A stretch of 64,000 nucleotides of DNA from Mustelus asterias. Its lineage: Eukaryota. Under the pieces are notes generated by a model that was not told the origin of the DNA, made no database searches, and saw nothing but the letters and a program-made list of their open reading frames with translations. Position numbers and translations under genes: made by a program. This document shows, in pieces, positions 53,076-64,000 of this stretch. Where the stretch lies: positions 1,240,001 to 1,304,000 of the forward strand of contig NW_027590120.1 in assembly GCF_964213995.1 (NCBI RefSeq), read 5' to 3'. The first letter of the stretch is position 1. The number at the start of each line of letters is the position of its first letter.

Positions 53076-55210
53076 AAAAGCTGCCTCTGTTGCTTCCCTT
53101 CCTCCCACGAGCCCACCCTTGACCCCGGTGTCTTTGTTCCCCTCCTGCCCATCTCTCATTACAACTTCCAAAATCCCTGTCGTCTCCCAAATCTCTGCCC
53201 ATATGTCCTGAAATTCCCTGTGTGAATCCCTCTGATTACATTTGTCTTTCACACAGTATCAAACAGCTCTTACCAAAGTCTCAAATTACTGTGTGAATAT
53301 GACTCGGGTAAGTTATCTGTCACTGTCCTTTTTAGTCAGTCTGCAGTTATTGACACCATTGACCAAAGCATCTTCCTCCAGTGCCTCTCCATTGTTGTCC
53401 AGCTGGGTGGGACTGCACACTTCGGATTAATTTCTTTTCTGATTATAGTCAGAGAATCACCGGCAGTCATTGTGATTATTACAGACAGAGAACAAGTGAA
53501 TAGAGGGAGCAAAGTAAATGGGGAAAGAGACAGTGAGAGTGAATGGGATGGAAGTTCGTAAACTGAGACAAAGAGAATCAGATTGAGACAGAAAATGGGG
53601 TCAACATTGTTCCAAAGAGAAGAGATTAATACTTTTCAAACCTTCCTGATCATTATAACTTATCAATTTCTGTAAAATATTTTGAGTGAATGGAACAAGG
53701 CCTGGATATGAGATTCTGAAACTCCCTCCCTAACTGTCCAGATTAAAGGTGTTTGTTAAGGTCTGTCTCTCCAAACAAGGTTTTGGCCATCCATCCTAAT
53801 ATTGTGCTCTGTGACCCAGTAATTCTAGTTGCTGATCTATCAGTAATGGACTTGCTGCCGTCTGGAACAAAACTGTTTTCACCACTAAGTCTCCGCTGTG
53901 ATGTAATAGTCTCTATGACATCATCGCAGCAGGACTGGATGACATCATCAGAGTCCATTGTTTCTGAATGATCCACATCAATAACAACAGGAAATACTCA
54001 TCAAGCTGAGCACATTATCTAGGCTGACACTGCAGTCTGACACTGAGGGACTGCTGCACTCTGACATAAACTGTCCTTCACATGGAGCTTGTGGAGGCTC
54101 TGGCCACAATCTTCCAATCCTTCTCATAGAGTTGTGGTGCCAAAAGGCTGAGAGATTGGAAATGTTACATCCCTGTTCAAAAAATTACAGAACAATCATC
54201 TTAACATCAGCGGTGGAGAAAAATGAAACCAATAATCTGGGGCACAATCAACTGGTACTTGGAAAAGTGTGGATTCTTATTGTCAGCATTTTCTGTTTTA
54301 ATGCTGAAAACTTCCCTGGATCTCAAGGCTGGGAAAGACATTCTGGAAGGTCATCCCCCCCCATTCCTCTCTCTATCCCTCCTCCCATCCCTCCCTACAA
54401 CAAGAACCATTCACTCTGCACCGCAGTTTCACCCTCATTCCCCCAGTTTGTATTCCAGCCTTTACCACACCCACTCTGCTCCCAGATACTTCACACCATT
54501 AGATATTACAATTCAAACTTTATAATCTCTACAATTTAATATTTGTTCAGACAGCAGACAAATCATCAATTCCACTCCCACCCTGAGCTATGGGGATATC
54601 TTTATACATTATCTCATTTCACAATAAAACTCACACACTGAATTTCAGATTTGCTTCTGTTGTTTTAATTTGCCCAGCAGATTATTTGGAGTGAGACTGA
54701 CATCAACCCTTCATGGTCTCAGTCTGTCTCTGTGTTTGTGAGAGTGTCTGAGATAGTGTGTGTGTCTGAGCGTGTGTATGTATGAGTGTGTATCTGTGCG
54801 TGCTGTGTGTGTGTTTGTGTGAGATTATAGAAAGATAGAAACTAGAAGCAGGAGGAAGCCATTCGGCCCTTCGAGCCTGCTCCGCCATTCATTTTGATCA
54901 TGGCTGATCATCGAATTCAATATTCTGATCCCCCTTCTTCCCACACCTTTAGCCCCAAGAGCTATATCTAATTTATTCTTGGAATCATATGTATGTGTCT
55001 GCATTTTTCTGAGTATTTGTGTGTCTATGAGTTTGTCTGTATTTGTTTCCGAGATTGATATCAGTTATGAGAATAGATTCGTCTGCATTAAAATATATTA
55101 AAATAAGAATAGTAGGAATAAGAAAAATACAGCAGCACAATCCTCCAACAGGATCCTTCAGTAATCTGAGAATTCAGTGACTTCCCAGGCAGAGGCCATT
55201 TACCTCACAT

Positions 55211-55228
55211 CGCCACAAGAGGGAGCTC
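55211..55228 (+). promoter_or_regulatory. CTCF-like motif CGCCACAAGAGGGAGCTC at the head of the satellite (second copy at 5612-5630, minus strand)
   Basis: Close match by eye to the CTCF core CCACCAGGGGGCGC. It overlaps the perfect palindrome GAGGGAGCTCCCTC. Confidence 0.6.
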
Positions 55229-55271
55229 CCTCGCTGTGTTTGTGTGTTCACTGCAGCAGGAGCGGGTTCCA

Positions 55272-57500
55272 TTACACAGTGAAATGTAACAGAGCAGAAA
55301 TCCAGGGGAACTGGATTAATTGTTGGATTACACAGTGAAATGTAACAGAGCAGAAATCCAGGGGAACTGGATTAATTGTTGGATTACACAGTGAAATGTA
55401 ACAGAGCAGAAATCCAGGGGAACTGGATTAATTGTTGGATTACACAGTGATATGTTACAGAGCAGAAATCCAGGAGAACTGGATTAATTGTTGGATTACA
55501 CAGTGAAATGTAACAGAGCAGAAATCCAGGGGAACTGGATTAATTGTTGGATTACACAGTGAAATGTAACAGAGCAGAAATCCAGGGGAACTGGATTAAT
55601 TGTTGGATTACACAGTGAAATGTAACAGAGCAGAAATCCAGGGGAACTGGATTAATTGTTGGATTACACAGTGATATGTAACAGAGCAGTAATCCAGGGG
55701 AACTGGATTAATTGTTGGATTACACAGTGACGTATTAAAGAGCAGTAATCCAGGAGAACTGGATTAATTGTTAGATTACACAGTGATATTTTACAGAGCA
55801 GAAATCCAGGGGAACTGGATTAATTGTTAGATTACACAGTGATATGTTACAGAGCAGTAATCCAGGAGAACTGGATTAATTGTTGGATTTCACAGTGATA
55901 TGTTACAGAGCAGTAATCCAGGGGAACTGGATTAATTGTTAGATTACACAGTGATATGTAACAGAGCAGAAATCCAGGGGAACTGGATTAATTGTTAGAT
56001 TACACAGTGATATGTTACAGAGCAGTAATCCAGGAGAACTGGATTAATTGTTGGATTTCACAGTGATATGTTACAGAGCAGTAATCCAGGGAACTGGATT
56101 AATTGTTAGATTACACAGTGATATGTTACAGAGCAGTAATCCAGGGAACTGGATTAATTGTTAGATTACACAGTGATATGTTACAGAGCAGTAATCCAGG
56201 GAACTGGATTAATTGTTAGATTACACAGTGATATGTTACAGAGCAGTAATCCAGGGAACTGGATTAATTGTTAGATTACACAGTGATATGTTACAGAGCA
56301 GAAATCCAGGGGAACTGGATTAATTGTTGGATTACACAGTGATATGTTACAGAGCAGTAATCCAGGGAACTGGATTAATTGTTAGATTACACAGTGATAT
56401 GTTACAGAGCAGTAATCCAGGGAACTGGATTAATTGTTGGATTACACAGTGATATGTTACAGAGCAGTAATCCAGGGAACTGGATTAATTGTTAGATTAC
56501 ACAGTGATATGTTACAGAGCAGAAATCCAGGGGAACTGGATTAATTGTTGGATTACACAGTGATATATTACAGAGCAGAAATCCAGGAGAACTGGATTAA
56601 TTGTTGGATTACACAGTGATATGTAACAGAGCAGAAATCCAGGAGAACTGGATTAATTGTTAGATTACACAGTGATATGTTACAGAGCAGAAATCCAGGG
56701 GAACTGGATTAATTGTTGGATTACACAGTGATATGTTACAGAGCAGTAATCCAGGAGAACTGGAGTAATTGTTGGATTACACAGTGAAATGTAACAGAGC
56801 AGAAATCCAAGAGAACTGGATTAATTGTTGGATTACACAGTGATATGTTACAGAGCAGAAATCCAGGAGAACTGGATTAATTGTTGGATTACACAGTGAT
56901 ATGTTACAGAGCAGTAATCCAGGAGAACTGGATTCATTGTTGGATTACACAGTGATATGTTACAGAGCAGTAATCCAGGAGAACTGGATTCATTGTTGGA
57001 TTACACAGTGATATGTTACAGAGCAGTAATCCAGGGGAACTGGATTAATTGTTGGATTACACAGTGATATGTAACAGAGCAGAAATCCAGGAGAACTGGA
57101 TTAATTGTTGGATTACACAGTGATATGTAACAGAGCAGAAATCCAGGGGAACTGGATTAATTGTTGGATTACACAGTGATATGTAACAGAGCAGAAATCC
57201 AGGGGAACTGGATTAATTGTTAGATTACACAGTGATATGTCACAGAGCAGCAATCCAGGAGAACTGGATTAATTGTTAGATTACACAGTGACATATTACA
57301 GAGCAGCAATCCAGGGGAACTGGATTAATTGTTAGATTACACAGTGATATGTTACAGAGCAGCAATCCAGGAGAACTGGATTAATTGTTAGATTACACAG
57401 TGACATATTACAGAGCAGTAATCCAGGGGAACTGGAGTAATTGTTAGATTACACAGTGATATGTTACAGAGCAGAAATCCCGGAGAACTGGATTAATTGT
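55272..57500 (+). repeat. 56-bp tandem satellite, ~40 copies (TTACACAGTGATATGTTACAGAGCAG[A/T]AATCCAGG[A/G]GAACTGGATTAATTGTT[G/A]GA)
   Basis: Periodicity read directly. Each unit contains CACAGTG and an internal inverted repeat AATCCAG...CTGGATT. Confidence 0.97.
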
Positions 57501-60500
57501 GTGTGTGTGTGTGTGTGTGTGTCCCTGGGCACAGTTCCCAGAGAGTTTAAAATCTTCTTACAGCTAGCCAATTCCTGATCCAAACCGCTAAATCACCCTC
57601 AATCCCATGCCTCCGTATCTTCTGCAATAGCTTAACCGTGAGGTTAGAGTGTTAAAATCTGAAATAAAACAGTCAACGCCACAAAGAGTCAACAGGCCCG
57701 GCAGTTTGTGTGGAGGCAGAAACAGAGTGAAACACACAGTTAAACATCCATATGAATCAAGAGCAGCAGTAGACCTTTGGGCTGCTCTGCTCCAGATAAG
57801 ATCCCAGCTGATCTGACTGTGACCAAAACTCCACTTTCCTCTCAAGAATTCAATGAATCAGCCTTAAAAATATTCAATGACTCTCTCTCCACTGCTCTCT
57901 GGGGAAGAGAATTCCACAGACCAAAGACCCTCTGAGAGAAAAAAAAATCTCATTCTCTCTCTTTCAGACGTCTTAAATCCGCTCGTTCTCCGGAGCCACA
58001 CAGGGAAAGCCAGACCCGTGAAGAAGGGAGAGAGGGAGGTGGAGAAGAACAAAATGAAAAATCTGCAAACTGATAACATGATTCACAGCCCAAGACCAAA
58101 ACGAGTGTTAATGGGACAAGTAAAGACACAAAAGATGATCTGGATGAGGTGTAAATAGTCCGAATGCAAAGTAAAGAAAACAAGAGGGAAATGAGGTGAA
58201 AAAAGCAACAACGAAACACAGAACACAATGGGGGCAGAGATTGTGGTGTAAAATTGTTGAGCTCAGTTTTGTTCTGAAGGCTGTAAAGTGTCTCTTTTAG
58301 TTGCGGGAAATATTATATTTCCCAGTTCCGATGACAGGTCACATTCAGTCTGTTTCTCTCTCCACAGAGGCTGCCTGACTTGTTGAGTATTTCCAGCGTT
58401 TCCTGTTTTATGTCACAGAGAATGTCGAAGAATTGTTACACCCGGAACAGATGTCTCTTCCTCGGGACACTCCAGCTCGGGTCAGGGTGGGGGGATAATG
58501 TTCACTGTTTTAGATTTGTGTCTGGTGCGAGTAATACCTTAAATTAAATGGAGAAGTTTTTTAAACTGAAGAGAGTAACTGAAACTGACTTTAAACAACA
58601 TTAACAAGCCAGGGCTGCTGGAGAAACATTTAGGGATTTGTGAGCAGTCAGTTCCGGCTGGTTTGAAGTGAAATCCTGTCGGTGCTGCGGCAAATCTGAA
58701 CTCAAACCAGACAAACTGGAACCGCTGGGTTAGAGATTCCGGGTGTTGGGATGTGGAGGCTGGGGGAGGGGGAGATGGCGGCAAAACTCTGAGCCTGACT
58801 TCAGACAGGGTGAGCGGGGTAAAGGGGAGGAATGACAGAGTTAATGTGGGAGTCAGGGACAATAGCAGAAGGTGGGAAGCTCTGGAAAGGAGCAATGGGG
58901 GTAAAGGCCATCACAGAATGCTTGTTTAAATGAAGATAAAAGCAAAATACTGCGGGTGCTGGAATCTGAAACAGGAAATGCTGGAAATCTCAGCGGATCT
59001 GACTGCATCTGTGGAGAGAGAACAGAATTAATGTTTCCAGTCTGGATGGTCATAGGTGCTGCCAGAAATGCTGAGGTTCTCCAGCATTTTCTGTTTGTGT
59101 TTAACTGAAGGTTCAGCAGGGAAACAAGCAGCGATTTCACACACACTAAACCCAGGGGGAGGGGGTGACCCAGGATAAGGGACAGGCGCAGCTCAGTGAG
59201 GCTCTGCAAAGTCCAGCAATCTGTCCACATTGAGAGCTTAGAGCGCCAAGGGGGAGGGGAAGGACAAACTATTTGGGACACAGCAGGAGGTCACCCCTCC
59301 CCCCACTCTGTGGTTCCACAACCCCTCCCACACCTGGGCAAGGTTGGCTCAAGGTGCAGGAAGCTGCAAGCTGAGAGGCTGAGCTGTGAACTGGGCCGGG
59401 TTAGGGGTTTGAGTGACAGTCCTGGGGCTATTTCAGGACAGGAACTGCCACAGATTCCCTCTTTTTCCTGGGACGTTTCACTGGAGCTGTGTTGGTGAGT
59501 GTTTGTAATCTCTGTCTCACTGTCTCGGTAATGGGGGTGGGTTGTAGATTGCTGTGAGTGTTAGACTAAAATAACCTCGCCTCATGCTGCCAGTTCCAGT
59601 CTGCAGACTCCATTTCTCAGTCCAGTCTGCTGCTCTGTCTCTGTCTGTCTGTACTTTGCTGCAGTGCTCCACATTCTGAGCAACATCCAGCCCATTGTTG
59701 TCACCCGAAATTTGCGGCAAACTACCTTCACTGTGACACAGCGGTTAGCACTGCTGCCTCACTGAGTCTGGGTTCGATTCCAGCGGTGGGTGACTGTCTG
59801 TGTGGAGGTTGCTCAGGAAGAAGTCTCATAACACCAAGTTAAAGTCCAATAAGTTTATTTGGAATCAAAGCAAATTACTGCGGATGCTGAAATTTGAAAC
59901 CAAAAGAGAAATTGCTGGAAAATCTCAGCCGATATGGCAGGATCTGTAAGGAGAGAAAAGAACTGATGCTTCGAGTCCACATGACTCTTTATCAAAGCTT
60001 TGACAAAGAGTCATCTGGACTCGAAATGTCAGCTCTTTTCTGTCCTTACAGATGTTGCCAAACCTGCTGAGATTTTCCAGCATTCTCTCTTTTGGTTATT
60101 TGGAATCACGAGCTTTCAGAGCACTGCTCCTTCATCAGCGCTCTGAAAGCTTGTGGTTCCAAATAAACCTGTTGGTCTTTAACCTTGTGTTGTGAGGCTT
60201 CTTACTGTGCTCACCCCAGTTCAGCACTGGCATCTCCACCTCATGTGTGGAGTTTGCACAATCTCCCTCTGTCTGTGTGCATTTCCTCTGGGTGCTCCGG
60301 TTTTTTCTCATAGCCCAAAGATGTGCAGGGTTGGTAAATTTGTCCCTTGGTGTCCAAGATATGTAGTGTCTAATTTGATTTTTATTGTCGCATGTTCTGG
60401 GATACAGTGAAAAGTATTATTTCTTGCGTGCTATTCAGAAAAAAAATAAATTGAAAGAGTACAGAGGGGGAAAGGAAAAGAGTAGGGTGCAGAATATATT

Positions 60501-61194
60501 GTTGCCGTTGCAGTACAGACTCGATGGATCGAATGGCCTCTTTCTGCACTGTATGGATTCGATGATTCGTGAATTCCGGCGAACAACTTTTGAATGGAGG
60601 GGTTTCTGAGGCGCCGAGCATTGTAGGAATTGTGACCACCATTAGTCAGTGACTGACTATAAATATTTAATTGCAGACTGAGGGCAGGTCAGCAACCTGA
60701 ATCCTCAATTCTGTTTGTGACTCTCACAGGCTGCCTGGCCTGATGAATATCTCCAGTATTTATTTTCTTTGTCCCAGAAACAGTCTCTACAGAGTTTTGT
60801 TTCTGTGTTATTGTTTTATAGTTTCGAGCTTAGAAACACAGTTAGGAGCTGGCATGATTCAGGCTGTCTGTTGGATGCAGAACTCAGTTCCTGGCCCCCC
60901 GTGTGCGTTTTTTTATTGTTGCTTCAGTCTGAACTCTATTCATAACTTGCCTCTGTGGGTTCTCTCTCAATCCTGCTGCGTTTTATCAGCATCTTTTCTT
61001 TTAATTTTAAATGGAACCTTAATATCTGCTTAGTACACAGGCCAATTCATCACAAATTCAGAGGAATGTATTTTTAAAAATTAATTAATCTCAATTGCAC
61101 AAGATAGTTTTCTATTATGTCTTTGATTGACAATGGCGCCGTTAATTCCCAGGTGCCCCTGCAGGTGTCAAAGTGTCCTGTTCATTCCACAGCA

Positions 61195-61560
61195 GCCTAT
61201 TGCGCAGGTGCAGTGCTGTATCTGGAGCATGCGTACTGCCACTTTGCTCGGAGCCCTGCGAGGGCGGCGGACGTTTTTTTCAGCGGGTGAGAGTCAGTGT
61301 GGCGGGGGGAGGAATGGAGTCGGGGTGGGGAGGGAGCGGAGGCTTCACAAATACCCGCTCCAGGTCGCAAGGCCCGAATAAGACCATGCGGGTTCCTGGT
61401 TTGCAGCTCCCCGGTTTTCGGCCGCCATCTTGTTCCAGCGGGGAAGGAGAGCGCATGCTCTCGGGCTGGTCATAATGGGCGTGGTTTCAGGGGGCTGGTT
61501 CAGAACCACGATCTTCAGAGGGACAATATGTTGCAGGGCGCATGCGCAACTATCCAAGAC
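61195..61560 (+). promoter_or_regulatory. CpG-rich ZNF-type promoter/first exon (donor GCGG|GTGAGA ~61286); coding exon probably beyond the window
   Basis: Same layout as 35440-35820: NRF1 GCGCATGCGCA, YY1 CGGCCGCCATCTT and a GCGG|GT donor. Confidence 0.55.
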
Positions 61561-64000
61561 CATCGGAACAAGAACAGAAGAATTCGGAACGGGAGCCAGT
61601 CATTCGGCCCATCGAGCCTGCTGCATCATTCAATAAGATCATGTCTACTTTGGAGAGGCTGGATAGACTGGGACTTTTTTTCTCTGGAGCGTAGGAGACT
61701 GAGGGGTGACCTTATAGAGGTCTATAAAATACTGAGGGGCACAGATCAGCTCGATAGTAAATATATTTTCCCAAAGGTAGGTTTAAGGTGAGAGGGGAGA
61801 GATACAAAAGTGTCCAGAGGTGCAATTTGTTCACACAGAGGGTCATAGAGTCAGAGAGGTTTACAGCATGGAAACAGGCCCTTCGGCCCAACTTGTCCAT
61901 GCCGCACATTTGTAAAAATCCCAATTGCCCGCATTTGGCCCATATCCCTCTCTACCCATCATACCCATGTAACTATCGAAATGCTTTTAAAAGACAAAAT
62001 TGAACACGCCTCGACTCCTACCTCTGGCAGCTTGTTCCAGACACTCACCACCCTCTGTGTGAAAACATTGCCCCTCTGGACACTTTGTATCTCTCCCCTC
62101 TCAATTTAAACCTATGCCCTCTAATTTTAGACTCCCCTACCTTTGGGAAAAGATATTGACTATCCAGCTGATCTATGCCCCTCATTATTTTATAGACCTC
62201 TCCAAGATCACCCCTCAGCTTCCTACGCTCCAGAGAAAAAAGTCCCAGTCTATCCAACCTCTCCTTATAACTCAATCCATCAAGTCTCAGTAGCATCCTA
62301 GTAAATCTTTGCTGCACTCGTTTTAGTTTAATAATATCCTTTCTATAATAGGGTGACCAGAATTGCACACAGTATTCCAAGTGTGGTTTTCCCAATGTTT
62401 TGTACAACTTCAACAAGACATTCCAACACCTGTATTCAATGTTCTGACCGATGAAACCAAGTATGCCGAATGCTTTCTTCACCACTCTGTCCACCTGTGG
62501 CTCCACTTTCAAGGAGCTATGAACATGTACCCCTAGATCTCTTTGTTCTGTAACTCTCCCCAACACCCTACCATTAACTAAATAAGTCCTGCCCTGGTTC
62601 AATCTACCAAAATGCATCACCTCGCATTTGTCTAAATTAAACTCCATCTGCCATTCGTCAGCCCACTGGCCCAATTGATCAAGATCCCGTTGCAATTAGA
62701 TAGGGTGGTGAGTATTTGGAACAAGCTGCCAGAGGTAGTAGTAGAGGCGGGTACAATTTAGTCTTTTAAATAGCATTTAGATAGTTACATGGGTATAGAG
62801 GGATATGGACCAAATGTGGGCAATTGGGATGAGCTTAAGGGTTTAAAAAAAAAGGGCAGCATGGACAAGTTAGGCCGAAGGGTCGTTTTCCATGCTGCAA
62901 ATCTCTATGAATCTATGACGTTGCTACCCCCACCCCGTCCATACCCATGACTTTCTTGTGGATCAGAATCATAGAATAGAATCCCTACAGTGCAGAAGGA
63001 GGCCATTCAGCCCATCGAGTCTGCACCGACCACAATCCCACCCAGGCCCTACCCCCACATATTTTACCCGCTAATCCCTCTAACCTACGCATCCCAGGAC
63101 TCTAAGGGGCAATTTTTTTAACCTGGCCAATCAACCTAACCCGCACATCTTTGGACTGTGGGAGGAAACCGGAGCACCCGGAGGAAACCCACGCAGACAC
63201 GAGGAGAATGTGCAAATTCCACACAGACAGTGACCCGAGCCGGGAATCGAACCCAGGACCCTGGAGCTGTGAAGCAGCAGTGCTAACCACTGTGCTACCG
63301 TGCCGCCCAGAACCTCAGCTTTGAATATATTCAATGACCTGCCTCCAATCCTCACTGGTGAAGACAGAGTTCCAAAGATCAATAGCCCATTGAGAGAAAA
63401 GATCTCTCTTCATCTTAATCTTAAATCCTTTATTTTTACTTGATTCCCACACCAAAGGAAACATCCTCAGCATCTACATTGTCAAGCACCTTATATCATA
63501 TGAATCATAGAATCCCAACAGTGCAGAAGGAGGCCATTCGGCCCATCAAGTTTGTACCAACCACAATCCCACCCAGCCCCATCCCCACAACCCCCTGCAT
63601 TTACCCTGCTAACCCCCCTGACACTTGGGTCAATTTAGCATGGTTCATCCACCTAATCCATACATCTTTGGACTGTGGGAGGAAACTGGAGCACCCTGAG
63701 GAAACTCACAGACAAGGGGAAAATGTGCAAACTCCACACAGACAGTGACCCAACGCTGGAATTGAACTTGGGATCCTGGTGCTGTGAGGCAGCAGTGCGA
63801 ACCATTATGCCACCCTGAAATTCCCAGATGCTTCAATAAGTTTACTTCTCAGTCTTCTTAACTCCAAAGAGTACAGGCCCCAGCTGCTCAACCTGGAAGA
63901 TAAAACTCCTCATTTCAGGAATCAACCAACTGGATCTTCTCTGAACTGCCTCCACTGCAATTTTGTCCCACTAAAGTAATTCTGTGCAAGCAATAGGAGA
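61560..64000. mobile_element. Nested CR1 and SINE pile-up
   Basis: A minus CR1 (61844-62697) lies inside a plus CR1 (61650-61843 / 62702-62918, AGGGT duplicated), inside an older minus CR1 tail that is also interrupted by two SINEs. Confidence 0.85.

Noticed and set aside
55272-57500. CRISPR-like array (regular repeats with hairpins)
   Set aside because: There are no unique spacers, the units are contiguous near-identical repeats, the context is vertebrate and no cas genes are present.
55272-57500. Array of TCR D or J segments
   Set aside because: No opposing RSS on the other side of the 28-nt inter-RSS piece, and no FGxG motif or splice donor.

Overview
Eukaryotic DNA, almost certainly from a shark or other cartilaginous fish. 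This is inferred from HE1-like tRNA-SINEs, CR1 LINEs, Penelope remnants, KRAB-less C2H2 zinc-finger genes and TCR V segments. Three zones are visible. (1) 1-15.3 kb is a cluster of T-cell receptor alpha/delta-type V gene segments in mixed orientation, with leaders and 23-spacer-type RSSs. Five of six are defective; one is open and appears to have an intronless leader. No D, J or C is present. (2) 16-24.5 kb is a Pol III cluster: one intact tRNA-Glu(TTC), a diverged tRNA-Gln(CTG), several Val/Glu pseudo-tRNAs and a 7SL RNA gene. (3) 28-64 kb holds tandem C2H2 ZNF genes (one intact, two disrupted), a truncated EMC4 copy, CpG-rich NRF1/YY1 promoters, minisatellites and nested retroelements. The most unusual signal is a 56-bp tandem repeat, half of which is a 12-spacer RSS-like element (CACAGTG-12 nt-GCAGAAATC). 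It occurs as about 40 copies at 55.3-57.5 kb and about 6 inverted copies among the V segments at 5.3-5.6 kb, and each array is headed by the same CTCF-like motif. Minimal hammerhead ribozymes in Penelope-type foldback elements are also scattered through the window.
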